Assembly (NCBI GenBank): GCA_963796055.1 | Contig: CAWCKH010000004.1 | Coordinates: 672,001-736,000, forward strand | DNA length: 64,000 bases | Direction: 5' to 3' | Source: an uncultured delta proteobacterium | GTDB lineage: Bacteria; Myxococcota; Myxococcia; Myxococcales; Myxococcaceae | Shown here: piece by piece, positions 59,574 through 64,000 of the stretch | How positions within the stretch are numbered: the stretch's first letter is position 1 | Layout of the letters: the number at the start of each line of letters is the position of its first letter | Position numbers and translations under genes: made by a program | The notes under the pieces: generated by a model | What the model was told of the DNA's origin: nothing | Databases searched by the model: none | The model's input: only the letters and a program-made list of their open reading frames with translations

Positions 59574-59887
59574 ACGGCCGGGGGGCCTTAGCACAAACGG
59601 CCACGGCCGGAATGCCCGACGATGGCCGCTGATGAACTTCCGCTGAACGCCGGTCTAGCGGCGGTCTGGCGGCCGGTGCCGCTGCTGCCCGTGGTCCCGG
59701 TCTCGCCGGAGCCGCCCGAGCCGCTGCCCATCGAGCCCGACCCCGAGGTGCCGCTGCCCGTCGTCCCGGTGCCCGAGCCGTACGTGGAGCCCGAGCCGGA
59801 CGCGCTGCTGCCGGTGCTCCCGGTCGAGTCGGCAGCTTATCGGCCCTCCAAGAATCTCGGATCGCGAGGCAGACTCCATCCATCTCC

Positions 59888-60787
59888 GTGCGCGTTTTTC
59901 ATTCGGACCACCACGTCGTGCCGCTCCCGCCGGGCCACCGGTTCCCCATGGGCAAGTATTCGCTCCTCCGGGAGGGGCTGCTCGCCTCGGGTGTTCTCCA
60001 GGCAGACGAGCTGGTTCCGGCGGAGCCGGTGGACGTCGCGTCGCTGCTCCGGGTCCACACGCCGCGCTGGGTGCAGGCGATGCTCGAGAACCGGCTCACC
60101 GAGGCCGAGCAGCGGCGGCTCGGCTTCCCCTGGAGCCGCGAGCTGGTGCTGCGCTCGCGGGCCGCGGTGGGCGGCACGTGCGCGGCGGCGGAGCGCGCGC
60201 TGGTGGAAGGAATCGGCGGGAACCTCGCCGGAGGCACCCACCATGCGTTTCCGGACCACGGCGAGGGCTACTGCGTCTTCAACGACATCGCGGTGAGCAT
60301 CCGCGCGCTCCAGGCATCCGGAAGCATCCGTCGGGCGCTGGTGGTCGACCTCGACGTGCACCAGGGAAACGGCACCGCCGCGGTGTTCGAGGACGACCCG
60401 GACGTCTTCACCTTCAGCATGCACGGCGAGCGCAACTTCCCGTTCCGCAAGCAGCGCTCGAGCCTGGACCTCGGGTTGCCCGACGGGGCGGGTGACGAGG
60501 TCTACCTCGACGTGCTCGCCCGCCACCTGCCTCGCGTCATCGAGGTGGCGCGGCCGGATCTCCTCTACTACCAGGCCGGGGTCGACCCGCTCGCCGAGGA
60601 CACGCTGGGGCGGCTGTCGCTCACCCACGCCGGACTCGAGGCGCGGGACAGCTTCGTCCTCGAGGCTGCGCGGCGCTCCGGCGTGCCGGTGGTGGTCACA
60701 CTGGGGGGCGGGTATGCCCGACCGCTCGAGGCGACGGTGCGCGCGCACATTGGCACCTATCGCGCCGCTCGGATGGTGTGGGGGTAA
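59888..60787 (+). CDS. Histone deacetylase-family (Zn-dependent) deacylase
   Basis: HRFPMGKY, GGTHHA, GYCVFND, DLDVHQGNG, FSMHG, YQAGVD, LGGGY. Confidence 0.95.
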   Translation: MRVFHSDHHVVPLPPGHRFPMGKYSLLREGLLASGVLQADELVPAEPVDVASLLRVHTPRWVQAMLENRLTEAEQRRLGFPWSRELVLRSRAAVGGTCAAAERALVEGIGGNLAGGTHHAFPDHGEGYCVFNDIAVSIRALQASGSIRRALVVDLDVHQGNGTAAVFEDDPDVFTFSMHGERNFPFRKQRSSLDLGLPDGAGDEVYLDVLARHLPRVIEVARPDLLYYQAGVDPLAEDTLGRLSLTHAGLEARDSFVLEAARRSGVPVVVTLGGGYARPLEATVRAHIGTYRAARMVWG

Positions 60788-60809
60788 GCTTCCGGACACG
60801 TCGCACCCG

Positions 60810-63701
60810 ATGGCCGAGCTCACTCCCGAGGTTCTGGCGACTCTCTTTGGCGAGAGTTCCGAGCCCGTCTTCGTCTACGCGCCGGTGCGCGAGGGCGGAC
60901 GGGTGGTGGATTTTCGTTACCTGTACGCCAACCCGACCGGGCTTCAGGTCTTGAGCTCGCAGGTCAGGGAGAAGCTCGGACAGGGGCTGCTCGCTGTCGC
61001 CCCCGACGCCGAGCGGTGGGGCCTGCTCGCCGCCTACACCCGGACGATGGAGACGGGCGAGCCGACCGACATCCGCGTCGACCAGGACAAGGGTCCGGTG
61101 AAGGGGTCGTTCCGCATCCACGCCAACCGGGCCGGAACGGCGCTGCTGATCCACCTGCGTGACGTGACCCGGGAGGCCGAGACCCAGGCCGCCCTGCAGA
61201 AGACGGAGGAGGAGCGCGACCAGACCGAGCTGCGTCGCGCCACGATCGAGTCGCTGCTGGCGCAGGCGCCCGCGGAGATGGCGTACCTGCGTGGACCCGA
61301 GCTGGTCTACCGGTTCGTGAACGACCGCTACCAGGCGCGACACCCGGGCCGCGAGTTCCTGGGCCGCCCGCTGACGGAGGTGCTCCCCGCCTGGCGGGAC
61401 AACCCGCTTCTCCTTGCGATGCGCGAGGTGTTCCGGACCGGCGTCCCCTACCGCGACCTCGAGCACCCGCTGGTGGTCGAGACACCGGCCGGCTCCGAGC
61501 GCCGCTGGTTCGACCTGGCCTTCCTTCCGGTCACCGGGGGCGACGGCGTGGTGGAGGGCGTGCTCTCCTTCGGCACCGACGTGACCGATCAGGTCTCGGC
61601 GCGGGCGCGGAGCGACGCCCTGGCCAGGGAGCGGATGGCGCTGGCCGACGAGCTCGAGGGCGAACGCCGAAGGCTGGCGGTGGGCGAGGAGCGCTTCCGC
61701 TCCATCGTCGAGACGCATGCCGACATGGTCTGGGTGGCGGACTGGAACGGCCACCTCCGCCACCCGGTCCCGACCTGGTGCGCGCTCACCGGGCAGAAGC
61801 CGGAGGAGATGCTGGGCCTGGGCTGGGTGGACGTCATCCACCCCGACGACCTGGAGCGCGTCTCGCACCAGTGGATCGAGGCCGTGAAGCAGCGGCAGCG
61901 CTTCGAGGCCGAGTTCCGGGTCCGCAAGGCCTCCGGGGGCTGGGCCACCGTGGCCTCCCGGGGCATCCCCCTGCTCCGCGACGACGGGCACATCCGGGAA
62001 TGGGTAGGCACCACCATCGACGTGACCACCCGTCACCGCGAGGAGGAAGCGCTGCGCATTCTCTCCGGCGGCGCGGCCGCGCTCTCCAACACCCTGGACT
62101 ACAAGGCCACGCTCCGCGCGGTGGGCGAGATGGCCATCCCCACCTTCGCCGACGTGTGCATCGTGGATCTCATGGACGAGTCGGGCGTGCTCCGCCGGGT
62201 GCTGGTCTCCGGGCACATCGAGGAGGAGGTGCTGCAGGAGTTCCGGCGGATGCCTCCCCGCACCGACCCGGACTCACCGGTGATGGAGGCGCTCCGGACC
62301 CGGCGCTCGGTGCTCCGCGAGAGGCTCCCCGCGGCGGTGAAGCTGGAGATGGCCGCCGATCCGGAGCGGCTCAGCCTCTTCGACCGGCTGAGCCCCACCT
62401 CGCTGGTCTGCGCGCCGCTGTCCGCGCGCGGCAGGACCCTGGGCGTGATCAGCTTCCTCACCGCCCGGAGCGGACGCCGGTTCGAGCGGCTCGACCTGGG
62501 GCTGGTGGAGGAGCTCGCCCGCCGGGCCGCGCTGGCCATGGACAACGCCGAGCTCTACCAGCGGGCCGAGGAGGCCAGCCGGGCCAAGGACGAGTTCCTG
62601 GCCACGGTGAGCCACGAGCTGCGGACGCCGCTGGCCTCCATCCTCGGCTGGACGCGCCTGCTCCGGCGCGGGGGGCTCAGCCCGGAGAAGCAGGCACGCG
62701 CGCTGGAGACGCTGGAGCGCAACGCCCGGGCCCAGACCCGGCTGGTGGAGGATCTGCTCGACGTGAGCCGCATCGTCTCCGGCAAGACCCGGCTCAACGT
62801 GGAGACCGCCGATCTGAAGGCCATCGTCGAGGCGGCGGTGGATTCCATCCGGCCCGGTGCCGACGGCCGCGGCGTGCAGCTGGATGCCTCGGTGCAGCCG
62901 TGCACCCTGGCCGGCGACCCGGAGCGGCTCCATCAGATCCTCTGGAACCTCCTCTCCAACGCGGTGAAGTTCACTCCGCGCGGAGGGCGGGTGTCGGTGT
63001 CGCTCGCGGTGCGTGACCGCACGGCCACCCTCACGGTGAGCGACACCGGCCAGGGCATCCGCTCCGACTTTCTTCCCCACGTCTTCGAGCGCTTCCGCCA
63101 GGCGGATGCGACCGCCACCCGCGCGCACGGCGGCCTCGGCCTGGGACTGGCCATCGTGCGGCATCTGGCCGAGCTGCACGGCGGCACGGTCGCCGCCAGC
63201 AGCACCGGCGAGGGCCAGGGCGCCACCTTCACCGTGCAGCTCCCGCTGGCCGCTGCCGCCCCGCTCGAGCGCTCGCTCGGCGAACCCGGCACGACGACGC
63301 AGCGGGTGAGCCTCTCCGGCCTGCGGCTGGTGGTGGTCGATGACGAGCCAGACACCCGGGAGATGGTGGCCTCCACGCTCGAGACGCATGGGGCCCAGGT
63401 CGTGGCGCTCGCCGACGCCGAGGACGCCCTCCGCTGGCTCGCCGGCAACCAGGCCGACCTCCTGGTCTCCGACGTGGCGATGCCGCGGATGGACGGCTGC
63501 GCGCTCATCCGGGAGATCCGCCGCACCGGTCCAGGCTCTGCCCGGACCATTCCCGCGGTGGCGCTCACCGCCTACGCCCGACCCGAGGATCGCCGCCGCG
63601 CGCTGGACGCCGGTTTCCAGGACTACTTGACGAAACCAGTGGAGCCGGAAGTGCTGGTGGCGCGGGTCGCCGCCCTGGTGAGGCCTCGCGCGGCGGCCTG
63701 A
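60810..63701 (+). CDS. Hybrid sensor histidine kinase (3x PAS, GAF, HisKA, HATPase, REC)
   Basis: PAS motifs (YANP, FVND, IHPDD), GAF, FLATVSHELRTPL H-box, NLLSNAVKFT, DTGQGI, GLGLGL, SDVAMPRMDG, KP. Confidence 0.95.
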   Translation: MAELTPEVLATLFGESSEPVFVYAPVREGGRVVDFRYLYANPTGLQVLSSQVREKLGQGLLAVAPDAERWGLLAAYTRTMETGEPTDIRVDQDKGPVKGSFRIHANRAGTALLIHLRDVTREAETQAALQKTEEERDQTELRRATIESLLAQAPAEMAYLRGPELVYRFVNDRYQARHPGREFLGRPLTEVLPAWRDNPLLLAMREVFRTGVPYRDLEHPLVVETPAGSERRWFDLAFLPVTGGDGVVEGVLSFGTDVTDQVSARARSDALARERMALADELEGERRRLAVGEERFRSIVETHADMVWVADWNGHLRHPVPTWCALTGQKPEEMLGLGWVDVIHPDDLERVSHQWIEAVKQRQRFEAEFRVRKASGGWATVASRGIPLLRDDGHIREWVGTTIDVTTRHREEEALRILSGGAAALSNTLDYKATLRAVGEMAIPTFADVCIVDLMDESGVLRRVLVSGHIEEEVLQEFRRMPPRTDPDSPVMEALRTRRSVLRERLPAAVKLEMAADPERLSLFDRLSPTSLVCAPLSARGRTLGVISFLTARSGRRFERLDLGLVEELARRAALAMDNAELYQRAEEASRAKDEFLATVSHELRTPLASILGWTRLLRRGGLSPEKQARALETLERNARAQTRLVEDLLDVSRIVSGKTRLNVETADLKAIVEAAVDSIRPGADGRGVQLDASVQPCTLAGDPERLHQILWNLLSNAVKFTPRGGRVSVSLAVRDRTATLTVSDTGQGIRSDFLPHVFERFRQADATATRAHGGLGLGLAIVRHLAELHGGTVAASSTGEGQGATFTVQLPLAAAAPLERSLGEPGTTTQRVSLSGLRLVVVDDEPDTREMVASTLETHGAQVVALADAEDALRWLAGNQADLLVSDVAMPRMDGCALIREIRRTGPGSARTIPAVALTAYARPEDRRRALDAGFQDYLTKPVEPEVLVARVAALVRPRAAA

Positions 63702-63838
63702 GGCAGGCGCGGCCCGGGACGTTCGCGCCGACTGCTCGGAGTGCGGGGGGTTAGGCCAGCGGGCCGTTCGCGCCTCTCCGGGGGGTGGGAGCCGTCAGCG
63801 GGCCGCAATACCATCCGACGTCAGGCCCCCTCGTGGAG

Positions 63839-64000
63839 ATGTCCGTGTCCCCCAGCGCCCCCGCCTCGCCGGACGCCGCGGCGACGCACCCGTCCACCCT
63901 CTGGCGGACCTTGCTCGAGGCCACCGCCGATGGCGTGCTGGTGGTGGGCGCACACGGGCGGATCCTCGCCACCAACCCGGCCTTCTGCCGGCTGTTCGCG
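63839..64000 (+). CDS. PAS-domain protein, N-terminal part (runs off the window)
   Basis: Own translation from ATG 63839: LLEATADGVLVVGAHGRILATNPAFCRLF, a classic PAS start. Confidence 0.75.
   Translation, partial: MSVSPSAPASPDAAATHPSTLWRTLLEATADGVLVVGAHGRILATNPAFCRLFA

Noticed and set aside
59622..60296. Pro-rich plus-strand ORF
   Set aside because: Antisense of a Gly/Ser-rich remnant that runs out of frame into the HDAC gene

Overview
Very GC-rich, gene-dense 64 kb chromosomal segment, most consistent with a myxobacterium (Myxococcota); this is inferred from a MYXO-CTERM-type sorting signal, a Myxococcus-type SOS box before recA, and the general gene repertoire. It holds about 60 CDS, mostly housekeeping, metabolic and signalling genes: priA, thrC, pfkA, fmt-aroQ-like-rsmB, recA, glmU-glmS, a regulator plus modBCA, ggt, two ECF sigma factors and a hybrid histidine kinase. 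I saw no rRNA, tRNA, CRISPR array, transposase or integrase. The most striking accessory locus is a translationally coupled gene pair at 32873-38859 (minus strand), next to a frameshifted corA remnant. One gene encodes a ~1840-aa surface-anchored protein fusing a PQQ-type sugar dehydrogenase propeller, PKD/TSP3 modules and a gingipain-like C25 protease. The other encodes a 154-aa protein joining a PqqD/RRE fold, an internal twin-arginine-like leader and a 6-Cys C-C-CC-C-C knottin-like core, making this a candidate undescribed peptide-processing system. Other notable items: a family of 82/83-bp intergenic tandem repeats at two loci, a duplicated 42-bp double-palindrome operator in the molybdate operon, and several apparent pseudo-enzymes. 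All product calls are by visual motif recognition with no database search, and many start codons are my own choices within the supplied ORFs.
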